Assembly: GCA_051251855.1 (NCBI GenBank)
Contig: JBPOGI010000006.1
Location: forward strand, 160,001-224,000
Source of the DNA: Roseibacillus sp.
GTDB lineage: Bacteria > Verrucomicrobiota > Verrucomicrobiia > Verrucomicrobiales > Akkermansiaceae
Direction of reading: 5' to 3'
Length of the DNA: 64,000 nt
Shown: one piece after another, positions 28,761-38,957 of the stretch
How the letters are laid out: every line of letters starts with the position of its first letter
How positions within the stretch are numbered: the first letter of the stretch is position 1
Position numbers and translations under genes: made by a program
Notes under the pieces: generated by a model
What the model saw: only the letters and a program-made list of their open reading frames with translations
What the model was told of the DNA's origin: nothing
The model's database searches: none

Positions 28761-31220
28761 TTAGTCGAAAGATACTCGGAAGATGGGTGTCTCGCCGGGA
28801 GCGCTTGTCAGGGGCGCGTCGTCGGCTGGGACGGGAGGAAGTTCTTTGTCGACGGGCTCTTCTTCCGCTTCTTCTTCGGGAGTTGTTTCGCCAGCTACAG
28901 CCTCTTCGATTTCTTCAGGGGCGGTTTCGAGTGCTTCTTCGGAGGGAACGTCGGGCAGTTTTTCCTGAATAATATCGTCTTGCAGAGCGGGCTTTTTACC
29001 GTCGATGGAAATGATCTCGAGAACTTCGAGTCTAGCAGGCTTCTTTGTCTTGATGTCCTCTTCTTCGATGAGCTCGACTCGGAGAACGGCTCTAATGGCG
29101 GGCTTGCCTTTGTGTTTGAGCTCGGTGGATGCAATGGCTTCGGACAGAATCTCGAATTCGAATGAGTCTTTACGAACAACGCCAAGGGCTACGACTTCTT
29201 CTGTGAAGTTGTGAAGCTTGAAACCTTGGTAGGTCCCGAGGTCCTTCCCTCCCAGTTCTTTGCCATCTTGCACGTATGAGCGAATGGCTCCTTCGTCGAG
29301 TTCTTCACCGCTATCGAGAATAAGGGTCCCTTGCGCAAGGCCGAGTAGAGTGGCGTCTTCGCACTCTGCGAAATTTTTCCAGTCCACTTGGAAGGGCCCT
29401 TCACCCATTTTGACGAGAGGTAAGATACGCTCTTTGCCTTTGATGTCGTTGATGAGAAAGTCAATTTCGACCCGATCGTTCTCGAGAATGCGTCCTTGGA
29501 AGAGGCGCTCGATGGTAGGAGCGGTAATGGGCTCCCAGAAGTCGGTAAGGAGAGAGGGGTCGACGGGCTGAATCAGTGACTCGACATCTTCCTTGGACTT
29601 GGCTTGGAGAAACTGTGAGGCAACCTTTTCTGCTTCCGCGACACGCGCGTCGTCTTGTGGAAGAGGAATACCGCGGGCGGGGAACTCGACCAAGGGAGGA
29701 GATTTGGTGACGACTTCTTCTTTTCCTTTGAAGATGTCGGTGAAGAAGAAAAGAAAAGCTCCGATGGCTGCTAAAATACCAATGATGATGGCGAGAAGTG
29801 GCAGCGTCCGAGATTTTTCAGGCTCGGTAAGAAGGTCGCGTTGAGTGGGATCGAACGGGCTCGCTTGATGCTGTTCCTTGGCGGCGGCGATTTGCTGAGA
29901 CAGGCTCTTTTCGCTCTTCTGTTCTTTTTCGCCATCGGGTAGAGAAGCTGCTTCCGGTGTCTGAGTGGAGGGTGATGCGCCCTCGGGAGTTTCTTCGTCG
30001 GAAGGTGCAGATGGTTCTTCTAGCTCGGCTGCGAAAGGGTTGTCGATTTCGCAAGGTTCGTGAGTGAATTCCTTAGAGCCAAAGGGTTGAGGGGTAATGC
30101 CGAAGGGGCTGGCCTCTTTTTCCTGTTCGTTCTCTTCGCTCGTTTCTGCGATTGTGAAGGGCTCGTCCGGCGGGCCCTCGATGGTGAAGGGCGATTCATG
30201 CGCTGCCGAAGTGAGGAAAGAATCCTCCGAAGATGGGGTCGCTGGGGCCTCGGTCTCTAGCGGAGGAGGGGTGGGCTCGGGAGCCTTATCGAAGGCTGAA
30301 TCGTCAAAGGCTACTTCTTCAAAGGGTGAAGTTGTTACAGCTTCGGGAGGGGCTATTTCAGCGACTGGCTCAGCCACCTCGGGCTCGACATAGAGCGGAG
30401 GTTCAGGGAGAGGGCCGTCGATGAGGCCCGCTTGGTCAGAGCGTTCTTCGACAGGAATTGCCGGGACGGTGCCTTCGTCGGTGAACTGAGGGTCGATGTC
30501 CAAATCCTCCAAGCGAATGGGGATGAGGGGGATCTTGAGTGAACTAAAGGGAGTGGTGAAGAAGCCGCCTTCAGGAGGAACGGATTCGTCGAATGAAGAA
30601 AGTGGGCCCAAGGGTGTTGCCGTTGAGGCGACCTGTGCTTGCTGCTTGGGAGCGGGCATGTCGGTGACTGGCAGGGTGCGCTCCAACAGAGTTTGCTGAC
30701 CTATCTGGAGTTCCTGAATTTGCCCAAAAAGTTGTTTCTGACCCGAGTGAAGGGCCTTTTGTCCGTCGTGGAGAGTTTTTTGGCCATTATGGAGAGTTTT
30801 GTGAGCCTCTCCCTGGTCGTGTTGGTTAGCGCTGAGATTTTTTTGGTCGGCTTGGATGGCCTTTTGGCCTGCTCGTAGATCGTAGACTGCTTTCTGAAGA
30901 TCGCGAATAGCAGCGTAGACCGCAGCCGCGCTGAGATTTTCTTCAGAAGTAGAGGGGGAGCGTTCAGAGGTCCGCTTCGTGGCGCTGCGCGTGGTGTTGA
31001 TGTTGGGGCTCGGGGCTGGCTCCTTCACCTCGTCTTTACGAGGTGGGATGGCTGTCTTCCGAGCAACGGGTCCATTCTGTTTAACGGAAACAGCGACGCC
31101 CGGCATTTCGGCGGAGCGCTTGACCCAAGTGCCGCAATTACGACACTCAGCGATCTCGGATGGATCGTGAGTTCGAAAGGCAACAATGCGCCCGCAGTCT
31201 GCACAGCTCGCGTTGGTCAT
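28761..31220 (-). CDS. Hypothetical bitopic protein: zinc ribbon, heptad coiled coil, acidic Pro-rich linker, TM, periplasmic domain
   Basis: CADC..CRNC; QKTLHDG-type heptads; E/P-rich disordered tract; TM LLAIIIGILAAIGAFLFFF. Confidence 0.75.
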   Translation of the reverse strand: MTNASCADCGRIVAFRTHDPSEIAECRNCGTWVKRSAEMPGVAVSVKQNGPVARKTAIPPRKDEVKEPAPSPNINTTRSATKRTSERSPSTSEENLSAAAVYAAIRDLQKAVYDLRAGQKAIQADQKNLSANQHDQGEAHKTLHNGQKTLHDGQKALHSGQKQLFGQIQELQIGQQTLLERTLPVTDMPAPKQQAQVASTATPLGPLSSFDESVPPEGGFFTTPFSSLKIPLIPIRLEDLDIDPQFTDEGTVPAIPVEERSDQAGLIDGPLPEPPLYVEPEVAEPVAEIAPPEAVTTSPFEEVAFDDSAFDKAPEPTPPPLETEAPATPSSEDSFLTSAAHESPFTIEGPPDEPFTIAETSEENEQEKEASPFGITPQPFGSKEFTHEPCEIDNPFAAELEEPSAPSDEETPEGASPSTQTPEAASLPDGEKEQKSEKSLSQQIAAAKEQHQASPFDPTQRDLLTEPEKSRTLPLLAIIIGILAAIGAFLFFFTDIFKGKEEVVTKSPPLVEFPARGIPLPQDDARVAEAEKVASQFLQAKSKEDVESLIQPVDPSLLTDFWEPITAPTIERLFQGRILENDRVEIDFLINDIKGKERILPLVKMGEGPFQVDWKNFAECEDATLLGLAQGTLILDSGEELDEGAIRSYVQDGKELGGKDLGTYQGFKLHNFTEEVVALGVVRKDSFEFEILSEAIASTELKHKGKPAIRAVLRVELIEEEDIKTKKPARLEVLEIISIDGKKPALQDDIIQEKLPDVPSEEALETAPEEIEEAVAGETTPEEEAEEEPVDKELPPVPADDAPLTSAPGETPIFRVSFD

Positions 31221-31374
31221 TAAATTAGGGGGGTCTGAAGAGCGATTAAGAGTTAGATTGTTAATATTCGGCAAGCTTCAATAGGTTCATACAATCCACG
31301 AAGTCTCATAATGAAGTCTTGCTTTAAGAGCTTCTGCGCTTGTTAAAAAAATGAGCGGCTTTAGATCGTCTCAC

Positions 31375-33465
31375 ATGTCCTTAGACCATCCCTTTCTCGC
31401 CGATGACTTCCTAATTCGCTGGTCCACTCTCACTGCTGACCAAGTGGCCCCGGATGTCAATTATGCCATTACGGAAGCTCAAGCTGCCATCGATGCTATC
31501 AAGTCCCTGCCCGCGGTTGAGCTCAGCTACGAAGGGACTTTCGGCGCATTGGAGGCTGCCACCGAACCTCTCGAGAGAGCGTGGGGGCGCCTCAATCATT
31601 TGGATTCGGTATCTAACAATGATGCTCAGCGCGCCGCTCTTAATGAGTTGCTTCCGGCGGTTTCGAGTTTCTTTTCTTCGATCTCGTTGGATGGAGATTT
31701 GTGGGAAAAGTTGAAGGCTTTTTCCGAGTCCTCTGACAAAGAAAATCTCTCTTCTGTGCAGCAGCGCTTCGTCGAGGAAACGTGTCATGATTTTATTTCG
31801 TCAGGAGCGGATCTGCCACCTGAGGCGAAAAAGCGAATGTCGGAGGTGTCTTCTGAGTTGGCCCTACTTACTCAAAAATTCTCTGAGCATGTGCTGGATT
31901 CGACCAATGCTTTCGAGCTCTACTTGAGCGATGAAAGCCGTCTAACGGGCTTGCCTGATAGCGCGAAGGCTGCGGCTGCGGAAGATGCTGCAGCGAAAGG
32001 CTGCGAAGGAAAGTGGCGCTTCACTTTGCAGATGCCGTCGTTGATGCCAGTCTTGCAACACGCCGATGATGATGAGTTGCGCCGCGAGCTCTGGACCGCT
32101 TCCTCTCAAGTGGCGTCGAAAGGGGAGCACGACAACACGGATTTGATTTGGGAGATCGTCAAGTTGCGTCAGGAGAAGGCTGCCCTGTTAGGCTTTTCGA
32201 GCTTCGCAGACCTCACCCTGCAACGTCGCATGGCGAAGGACGGAACGAGTGCGCTCAGCTTTGTGGAGGATCTGCACGATCGTATTGAGGAAGCCTTTGC
32301 GAAGGAGACTGCTGAGCTAGAGGCTTACAAGGCGAAGAAGACAGCGCAACCTGAGGGGCCGATGCAACCTTGGGAAGTGGGTTATTGGTCCGAAAAGCAG
32401 CGGCAAGAGCTCTATGACTTCGATGATGAGGTGCTGCGTCCCTACTTTCCGGTGCAAAATGTGATGAGTGGGATGTTCACGATTACCTCCCAGCTCTTTG
32501 GAATTGAGATTGAAGAGAAAGAGTCGGCTTACTTTGATTCTCCGAGTGATGCTGCGGGGGAAGTGGCCGAGGTTTGGCATCCCGAGTGTAAATTCTACGA
32601 GATTCGTGATTCATCGAACGGAGAGCATCTGGGTTCTTTCTATGCCGATTGGCACCCTCGCGAAACGAAGCGTGGAGGAGCTTGGATGAATTGTTTGGAA
32701 GCAGGACTTCCTGCGCAGGATGGTGATCCTCGTCAACCTCACTTGGGGCTGATCATGGGGAATATGACCAAACCGGTCGGAGATAAGCCGGCATTGTTGA
32801 CCCATCGCGAGGTAGAGACTGTTTTTCACGAGTTTGGACACCTCTTGCATCAATTGCTCTCCGATGTGCCCGTGAAGTCCCTCTCGGGAACGAACGTGCC
32901 TTGGGACTTCGTAGAGTTACCTTCACAAATTATGGAGAATTTCTGTTGGGACCGTGAGTCTCTTGATTTGTTCGCTCGTCACTACGAAACGAACGAGCCT
33001 ATTCCGGAAGCGCTTTTCCAGAAGCTGATTGCGGCTCGCAACTACATGTCGGCGACGACGTGCATGAGGCAATTAGCCTTTGGAAAGCTGGACCTCGAAC
33101 TGCATGTGAATACGCCGCAGTATTTGGGACGTGATTTGGATGAAGTAGATCGCGAAATCCTTGGCGGTTACCGTCCCGTTTTGGCAACGACACCACCGAG
33201 TCGTGCTCGTAGCTTTTCTCACTTGTTCTCTTCTCCGACGGGCTACGCGGCAGGCTACTATTCCTACAAGTGGGCCGAGGTATTGGATGCTGATGCCTTC
33301 ACGCGCTTTCAAAAAGAAGGGGTCATGAACGAGGCAACTGGCCGTGCTTTCCGAGAAAGTGTTCTTTCGAAAGGAAATTCTCGTCCTGTGGATGAGTCCT
33401 TCCGTGAGTTCATGGGCCGCGACCCCGACCTCACGGCACTGATGGTGCGCAGTGGCTTGGCGTAG
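31375..33465 (+). CDS. prlC: Oligopeptidase A (M3A metallopeptidase)
   Basis: KRGGAWM, FHEFGHLLH, WDFVELPSQIMEN, YAAGYYSYKWAEVLDADAF, FMGRDP. Confidence 0.92.
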   Translation: MSLDHPFLADDFLIRWSTLTADQVAPDVNYAITEAQAAIDAIKSLPAVELSYEGTFGALEAATEPLERAWGRLNHLDSVSNNDAQRAALNELLPAVSSFFSSISLDGDLWEKLKAFSESSDKENLSSVQQRFVEETCHDFISSGADLPPEAKKRMSEVSSELALLTQKFSEHVLDSTNAFELYLSDESRLTGLPDSAKAAAAEDAAAKGCEGKWRFTLQMPSLMPVLQHADDDELRRELWTASSQVASKGEHDNTDLIWEIVKLRQEKAALLGFSSFADLTLQRRMAKDGTSALSFVEDLHDRIEEAFAKETAELEAYKAKKTAQPEGPMQPWEVGYWSEKQRQELYDFDDEVLRPYFPVQNVMSGMFTITSQLFGIEIEEKESAYFDSPSDAAGEVAEVWHPECKFYEIRDSSNGEHLGSFYADWHPRETKRGGAWMNCLEAGLPAQDGDPRQPHLGLIMGNMTKPVGDKPALLTHREVETVFHEFGHLLHQLLSDVPVKSLSGTNVPWDFVELPSQIMENFCWDRESLDLFARHYETNEPIPEALFQKLIAARNYMSATTCMRQLAFGKLDLELHVNTPQYLGRDLDEVDREILGGYRPVLATTPPSRARSFSHLFSSPTGYAAGYYSYKWAEVLDADAFTRFQKEGVMNEATGRAFRESVLSKGNSRPVDESFREFMGRDPDLTALMVRSGLA

Positions 33466-33509
33466 TCATCGTCTTGCCAAGGCCTCGTAAAAGACTTATC
33501 AACTGAGGA

Positions 33510-35072
33510 GTGAGGAATTTCTTTCTTCTCGTTTCGCATCTCTTGCTATTCGGCTTGGCGTATTTTTGCGCGCTCGGTTCTGGTAGTGAGCATTCGGCTC
33601 CGGCGAGCAATCGGGTCGCGAGTAAGAGCCGGTCAAGCGTCGATGAAGCGAGAGCAAAGACTCAAATCCTTCTCGCGCAAGATCCCAAAAAGAAGGAGTC
33701 AGAGCGATTGAGTTCCAAGTGGGACTGGAAGCCAGTCGTGAAGACTCTTCCCCCCGTGCAGAATTATCAGCAGGATGTAAGGGCGTTTCTTCGCGGTCTC
33801 CCCGACGGAATTGGCGGGATGAATTCGGGTGAATTCACGAAGTATCTCCAAAAGGTGGGCTGGTTCGAGGTGCCTGATAGAACGTTGGATGCCATTGCTG
33901 TTTTTCGTGCTCATCTCTATCGCTTCATGTTGGCAGAGCCGAGAGCATGCCTCGCCTTTCTAAAAGGGGAGTTTCCTGAGGATGAACAGGATAGTCACTA
34001 TCTGACCAATACAGTGCTTCATGCTGCGGCATTCGAGTTGTTTCAATCGGGTGGGGATCTTTCTTGGATGTCTGGGCTCAGTGCAGGTTTCGAGAATGGT
34101 CTGGCCGCAAATCGAATTCACTCGGGCGAACCCTTCGAGGAAGTGATTGCTAGTAGTCGTCTTTCTGGGGAATTGAAGGCTTCGGATTACGCAGGCTCTC
34201 TCTCTTTCGGAGATCGCGATATTCTCCTTGATGAGATGCTCGATGGGTTTGCCCTTCTGCAGGGAAACGGGGTGGCTTCGTACAACAATCCGGCATCTGA
34301 CCTCGCTGATTTTCTCGAGAATGAGAAGCATGAACCCAAGGCTGTTTCAGCGTGGATTCGAGAAGTCTTTGCAGGCGAGCAATTGGATTCTAAAAACAAG
34401 AAAGAGGGCGTCACGATGGTCGTTGACAAGTGGGTGCGCTCCAATACCGAGCTTTCTCTCGAAGACAGGGCGAAGATTCTCGAGACAATCGGCAAAGGGG
34501 GCGATGACCCCTACGCTCGCATCGCCGCCGAGGATGTTGTTTCTGTTTTAGAGGAGGGTCGGGATTGGAGGTATGAAGTTCGACAAGGCTACGCGACTCC
34601 TTTGCAAGTTTGGAACGATCTGCAAGCGCAGCTTCCCGAATTGATGGCGAGCGAGAAAGGTAAGCGCGGCGCTCGTCTCAAACTCTTTCGCGAGCTGGTC
34701 ACGCAGGACCCAGTTGCTTCACAGGAGCTCTTGGCTTCGCTGTCTGAGGCCGATGCTCGGGAGGCTCTCTTCAAATATGGAGTGGGAGTCTTTTACGACG
34801 AAGAGCCAGAAAAATTTCTCACTTATACCGAGACACTGCCTGTTCCTAAAACTGAGGATGAGAAGAACCAACTTGCGCGGGCATGGAGGAACTATTCTTG
34901 GAACGCCTTTCGTTATCGAGGAGAAGATTATGTGCAGTGGGTTAAGGAGATGCCTTTGGGGTCGGCGCGGGATGCCGCCGTGAAGACTATGCTGAAGGTG
35001 GCGATCGAAAGAGATCCAGCTGAAGGTCAGAGTTTGAGACTGGAATTCGAAAGGGAGGAAAGCCAGCCATGA
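33510..35072 (+). CDS. Hypothetical N-anchored helical protein
   Basis: 520-aa ORF, N-terminal hydrophobic segment LVSHLLLFGLA, helical repeats, WVKEMP...RDAA near C-terminus. Confidence 0.7.
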   Translation: MRNFFLLVSHLLLFGLAYFCALGSGSEHSAPASNRVASKSRSSVDEARAKTQILLAQDPKKKESERLSSKWDWKPVVKTLPPVQNYQQDVRAFLRGLPDGIGGMNSGEFTKYLQKVGWFEVPDRTLDAIAVFRAHLYRFMLAEPRACLAFLKGEFPEDEQDSHYLTNTVLHAAAFELFQSGGDLSWMSGLSAGFENGLAANRIHSGEPFEEVIASSRLSGELKASDYAGSLSFGDRDILLDEMLDGFALLQGNGVASYNNPASDLADFLENEKHEPKAVSAWIREVFAGEQLDSKNKKEGVTMVVDKWVRSNTELSLEDRAKILETIGKGGDDPYARIAAEDVVSVLEEGRDWRYEVRQGYATPLQVWNDLQAQLPELMASEKGKRGARLKLFRELVTQDPVASQELLASLSEADAREALFKYGVGVFYDEEPEKFLTYTETLPVPKTEDEKNQLARAWRNYSWNAFRYRGEDYVQWVKEMPLGSARDAAVKTMLKVAIERDPAEGQSLRLEFEREESQP

Positions 35073-36361
35073 AAATTCGGTTTCCTCTCGTAGTCAGTCA
35101 CTGCGCTGCGATTGCGTTGGGGGTCGCGCTCGCGATGAGCAAAAATGCGAAGGCTCCAAGTTCATCGAAAACGACTTTTGCTGAGGCTACCCCTGAATCT
35201 CTTCGTCAAAACGAGACTCCCAGTCCGTCGCCTGTCGAAACAGGGGGAGTTGAAAGAAGAGAGGGAGGCAATTTTTCATCACAGAATTTTCAGTGGGCAT
35301 ACTCTCGCTTGGCCGAAGGAAAATTGACGGGTGCCGAACGCCATGCAATTCGGGTGCGGCTTTTTACTGAGTGGGCAAAGGTAGATTTGAAAGCGGCTTT
35401 GGCTGCAGCCCTTGCAGAACCATGGGATCAAATCAGCGACTATAATGGCTTCAATGAAAATTTCGTTCGCGATGTCTTTGGAAAGGTGTTCGTGAATGAC
35501 CCAAAGGGGAGCTGGGAAGTCCTCCAGTCAGGAGACTTGGGAGTGGGAGCCTCTCGGATTCGAGGGGATTGGTATGAGCTTGTGGGGCGAAAGAATCCCG
35601 TGTTTGTCGCCGAAAGGTTGCGTGAGCTGACCCCGAGGGACCGAGAGATTCTTCTGAGAACTCTCACCGGGAGTTCTGGGGCTCCCGAGGTTTTGAAGGC
35701 ACTGTTAGCCATGCCACCAGAGCTCGTCCCTATTGAGCGAATTTTTCAGAACTCGAAACTCCCATCGATGGTCGAGAGCGAGAAGAGCTTGGAGGGGATT
35801 ACCGATTTTGAGAGTCGTGAGAGTCGTCTCGCTCTCATGAATTACGGAGCGAATCTTAAAGAGGAAATCAGCAAGCTTCCCGCCGATTCGCCGCAGCTTG
35901 TTAGTTTTTCGGAAAAAGTGGCTCAGTTCCCGAGCGAGATTCAAGGGGAGCTTCTCCATGGCATGCTCAACGACTTCAATGTCGATACGCGGAGGGTGAG
36001 AAAGTTGGGCTTGGATAAGACCACCTTTCTAATCGACCAACTCGTTGCGGGGGAGCATTGGGAATACCTTCAGAAATCCTCAACCATGATGCAGTTTCGT
36101 GGAGGCACAGAGAGGATGGTTGACGAAGATCGGGCTGCTTGGGCGACCGAGCTTCCCGTTCGTGCTGAGACAAAGCCTCTTTTCGAGGCGGGAGTGGCGG
36201 ACTATATTAAAAACAACCCCGACCTTGCCTGGGAATGGATTCAAGAATTCCCCGAGGACCATTGGCGAGATGAGGCGCTCTCGATCTACGCACGTGAGGC
36301 GCAGCGGGCGGGACGGGATGAAGATGCTCAACGAGCGCACGAACTCATTCAGAGTCCCTAG
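35069..36361 (+). CDS. Hypothetical N-anchored helical protein, probably a distant relative of the upstream gene
   Basis: ATGA overlap; VVSHCAAIALG; EWAKVDLKAAL; WIQEFP...RDEA. Confidence 0.7.
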   Translation: MKIRFPLVVSHCAAIALGVALAMSKNAKAPSSSKTTFAEATPESLRQNETPSPSPVETGGVERREGGNFSSQNFQWAYSRLAEGKLTGAERHAIRVRLFTEWAKVDLKAALAAALAEPWDQISDYNGFNENFVRDVFGKVFVNDPKGSWEVLQSGDLGVGASRIRGDWYELVGRKNPVFVAERLRELTPRDREILLRTLTGSSGAPEVLKALLAMPPELVPIERIFQNSKLPSMVESEKSLEGITDFESRESRLALMNYGANLKEEISKLPADSPQLVSFSEKVAQFPSEIQGELLHGMLNDFNVDTRRVRKLGLDKTTFLIDQLVAGEHWEYLQKSSTMMQFRGGTERMVDEDRAAWATELPVRAETKPLFEAGVADYIKNNPDLAWEWIQEFPEDHWRDEALSIYAREAQRAGRDEDAQRAHELIQSP

Positions 36362-36395
36362 GCGGGGCCGGTCAAAGACCGGCACTCCCAGTGGG

Positions 36396-36956
36396 CTACG
36401 CGCGGCCGACGTAAGAACCGTCAGTAGTGCAAATCTTGAGAAGGTCGCCTTCTTTCACGAAGAGGGGGACTTGCACCGTGACGCCGGTCTCGAGAGTGGC
36501 GGGCTTGGTAGGGTTGTTGGCGGTGTCGCCTTTGATGCCCTCAGAAGATTCGGTGACAGTGAGTTCGACGTTCACAGGAAGGTCGATAGAGACCGCTGCG
36601 CCTTCGAGGAAGAGCACTTCGACTTCTTGGCCTTCCTTGAGGTAGTCCTTGGCGTCGCCGACGAGGGATTCGTCGAAGGTGATGGTCTCGTAGGTGCCGA
36701 GGTCCATGAAATGGAAGCCTGTAGGGTCGGCGTAGGAGAACTCGAGCTTTTGGCGGTCGGTCTCGACGATTTCCACTTTGTCAGAGGAGGCGAAACGGAT
36801 GGTTTTCTTGTTGCCGTTGTTGAAGGAGCGAATGGTGGCGGCGATGAGGGCATTGCCTTTGCCGGGGGTGCGGTGCTCGAGACCGAGGACGATTCCGCGA
36901 TCACCTTCATATTTAATACACTGCCCTTTTTTGAGATTGGTTGCGACGACTGCCAT
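36396..36956 (-). CDS. efp: Elongation factor P
   Basis: HRTPGKGNA, FMD..TYE, KGDTA...KPATLETG..VQVPLFV. Confidence 0.97.
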   Translation of the reverse strand: MAVVATNLKKGQCIKYEGDRGIVLGLEHRTPGKGNALIAATIRSFNNGNKKTIRFASSDKVEIVETDRQKLEFSYADPTGFHFMDLGTYETITFDESLVGDAKDYLKEGQEVEVLFLEGAAVSIDLPVNVELTVTESSEGIKGDTANNPTKPATLETGVTVQVPLFVKEGDLLKICTTDGSYVGRA

Positions 36957-37260
36957 GGTGCTGAGGGTTGAAGGCGGAAATGTGCGACGTGAAAAGCCTA
37001 AAGTGTTGAAAGGAGGTGGATTTGTTGGAGAGAGAAGAAGGGAGAAAGGTGTTTTGGGTGCTCAAAAGGTGTTTCATTTCAGGTTCTCGGGCAGCGAATG
37101 CCTCTGCCCTGTAATCGCGATGACCATACGACCCTTGTCTTTCTTTAAGAATCGGATGCGGCGGATTGACAAGGGGGGGGCGTTTGGAGCAATTTGGTAT
37201 TTCTAGCGGCGTGGAGTTTTTCTCGGCGTTGTCATTTGCCAAGCACACCTTATCTAACCC

Positions 37261-38931
37261 GTGTATTCGAATCAGGATTATCTCAGTCAATTGTTGGTAG
37301 AAGCCGGAGTGGCTTCTGCGGAAGCCGTGGAAGAAGTCAAAAAGTCGGGAGCGAGCGAGATCGTGGACCGTCTTTTGATGGATGGTGCCGTGGAAGAAGC
37401 GCAGATCACGGCTGTGATTGCTCAAAACGCCTCCATGGAGGTGGTGGACTTGTCAGAGTATGAGATTCCGGCTGATGTCGCCTCTCAGATGACCTCGGAT
37501 GTTGCCAAGCGCTTTCAGGCTGTTCCGGTTCACGATGATGGCACCCAGCTGATGGTGGCGATTGCGGACGGACTCAACTTTGAGGTTCTCGACAGTTTGC
37601 CGCATGCGGTGGGCCGCGAAATCAACCCTGTGGTGGCAAATCTTTCAGATATTCAGCGCCTCTTAGTCGATGTTTATCGCGTTGGTGGCTCAGATGAGGA
37701 CGATATTCCGGAGTTCGAGGTCCTGACCATGGAGGGTATCGAGGAGGTGAGCGAGGAAGATGCACCCATTGTGCGGATCGTGACCTCGACCTTGATGAAT
37801 GCCTTCAAGCAGAAGGCTTCTGATATTCACATCGAGCCTTTGGAGACCAGCTTGCGCGTTCGTTTCCGGATTGATGGCAAGTTGATTGAGGTCGAAAATC
37901 ATCCCAAGAAGCTTTTGCCTGCAGTGGTGGCTCGTTTGAAGGTGATGTCGGGCGCGATGAGTATCGCGGAGAAGCGGCTACCGCAGGATGGTCGAATTCA
38001 GATGCGGATTGCTGGTAAATCGGTTGACCTCCGGGTCTCGACGGTGCCTTCCAACCATGGAGAGAGCGTCGTCATGCGTATTTTGGACAAGTCGGCGCTG
38101 ACCTTGGGTCTGCCGACTTTGGGGTTCTTGTCTGATGACGAAGCGACCTTTAAGGAGATGCTGGCGTTGCCGGATGGTATTCTCTTGGTAACCGGTCCGA
38201 CCGGTTCCGGAAAGACGACCACGCTCTATGCTTGTTTGAATGAAATCAACAAGCCAGATAAGAAGATCATTACGGTGGAAGACCCGGTCGAGTATCAGCT
38301 TGCGGGAATTAATCAGGTGATGGTGAAGACTGATATCGGTATGACTTTTGCGGCGGCACTGCGTTCCATGCTGCGTCAGGCTCCCAACATCATCATGGTA
38401 GGAGAGATTCGAGATAAGGAAACGGCGACGATCGCGATGAACGCGTCTCTCACGGGTCACCTTGTTTTCTCTACCCTCCACACCAATGACTCGACCGCAA
38501 CAGTCGCTCGATTGGCAGATATGGGGATTAAGCGCTTCTTGATTGCTTCAGCGGTACGGGCGGTATTGGCCCAGCGACTTGTTCGTCACCTTTGTCCTTC
38601 TTGTAAGGCTCCAGTGCCTCTGACTGAGCGTGAGATGCGTATTTTGGGAATGGACCCAGACCGCGCTTCGACGGCCGATATTCTTGGTCCCCAAGGTTGC
38701 GAGAAATGCCGCGGTGGTGGATACAAGGGCCGAAAAGGTATCTTCGAAATTTTCAAAGTGGATGATGAGGTTCGCAATATGATTAACGATGACCTCAGTA
38801 GTCCTGAACTGCGGAAGCGTGCTCGCGAGCTCGGAATGCGGACGATGCGGGAGGACGGTATCCGGAAGGTGCTGGGAGGAATGACCTCTGCGGAGGAAGT
38901 CATTCGGGTCACGATGGCAGATGAGAACTAA
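37261..38931 (+). CDS. PilB/GspE family assembly ATPase (copy 1)
   Basis: ASDIHIEP, EKRLPQDGRI, GPTGSGKTTTLY, EDPVEY, LRQAPNIIMVGEIRD, TGHLVFSTLHTND, CxxC..CxxC. Confidence 0.93.
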   Translation: MYSNQDYLSQLLVEAGVASAEAVEEVKKSGASEIVDRLLMDGAVEEAQITAVIAQNASMEVVDLSEYEIPADVASQMTSDVAKRFQAVPVHDDGTQLMVAIADGLNFEVLDSLPHAVGREINPVVANLSDIQRLLVDVYRVGGSDEDDIPEFEVLTMEGIEEVSEEDAPIVRIVTSTLMNAFKQKASDIHIEPLETSLRVRFRIDGKLIEVENHPKKLLPAVVARLKVMSGAMSIAEKRLPQDGRIQMRIAGKSVDLRVSTVPSNHGESVVMRILDKSALTLGLPTLGFLSDDEATFKEMLALPDGILLVTGPTGSGKTTTLYACLNEINKPDKKIITVEDPVEYQLAGINQVMVKTDIGMTFAAALRSMLRQAPNIIMVGEIRDKETATIAMNASLTGHLVFSTLHTNDSTATVARLADMGIKRFLIASAVRAVLAQRLVRHLCPSCKAPVPLTEREMRILGMDPDRASTADILGPQGCEKCRGGGYKGRKGIFEIFKVDDEVRNMINDDLSSPELRKRARELGMRTMREDGIRKVLGGMTSAEEVIRVTMADEN

Positions 38932-38957
38932 GAACGAATTTTTACGAACACCAAGAC

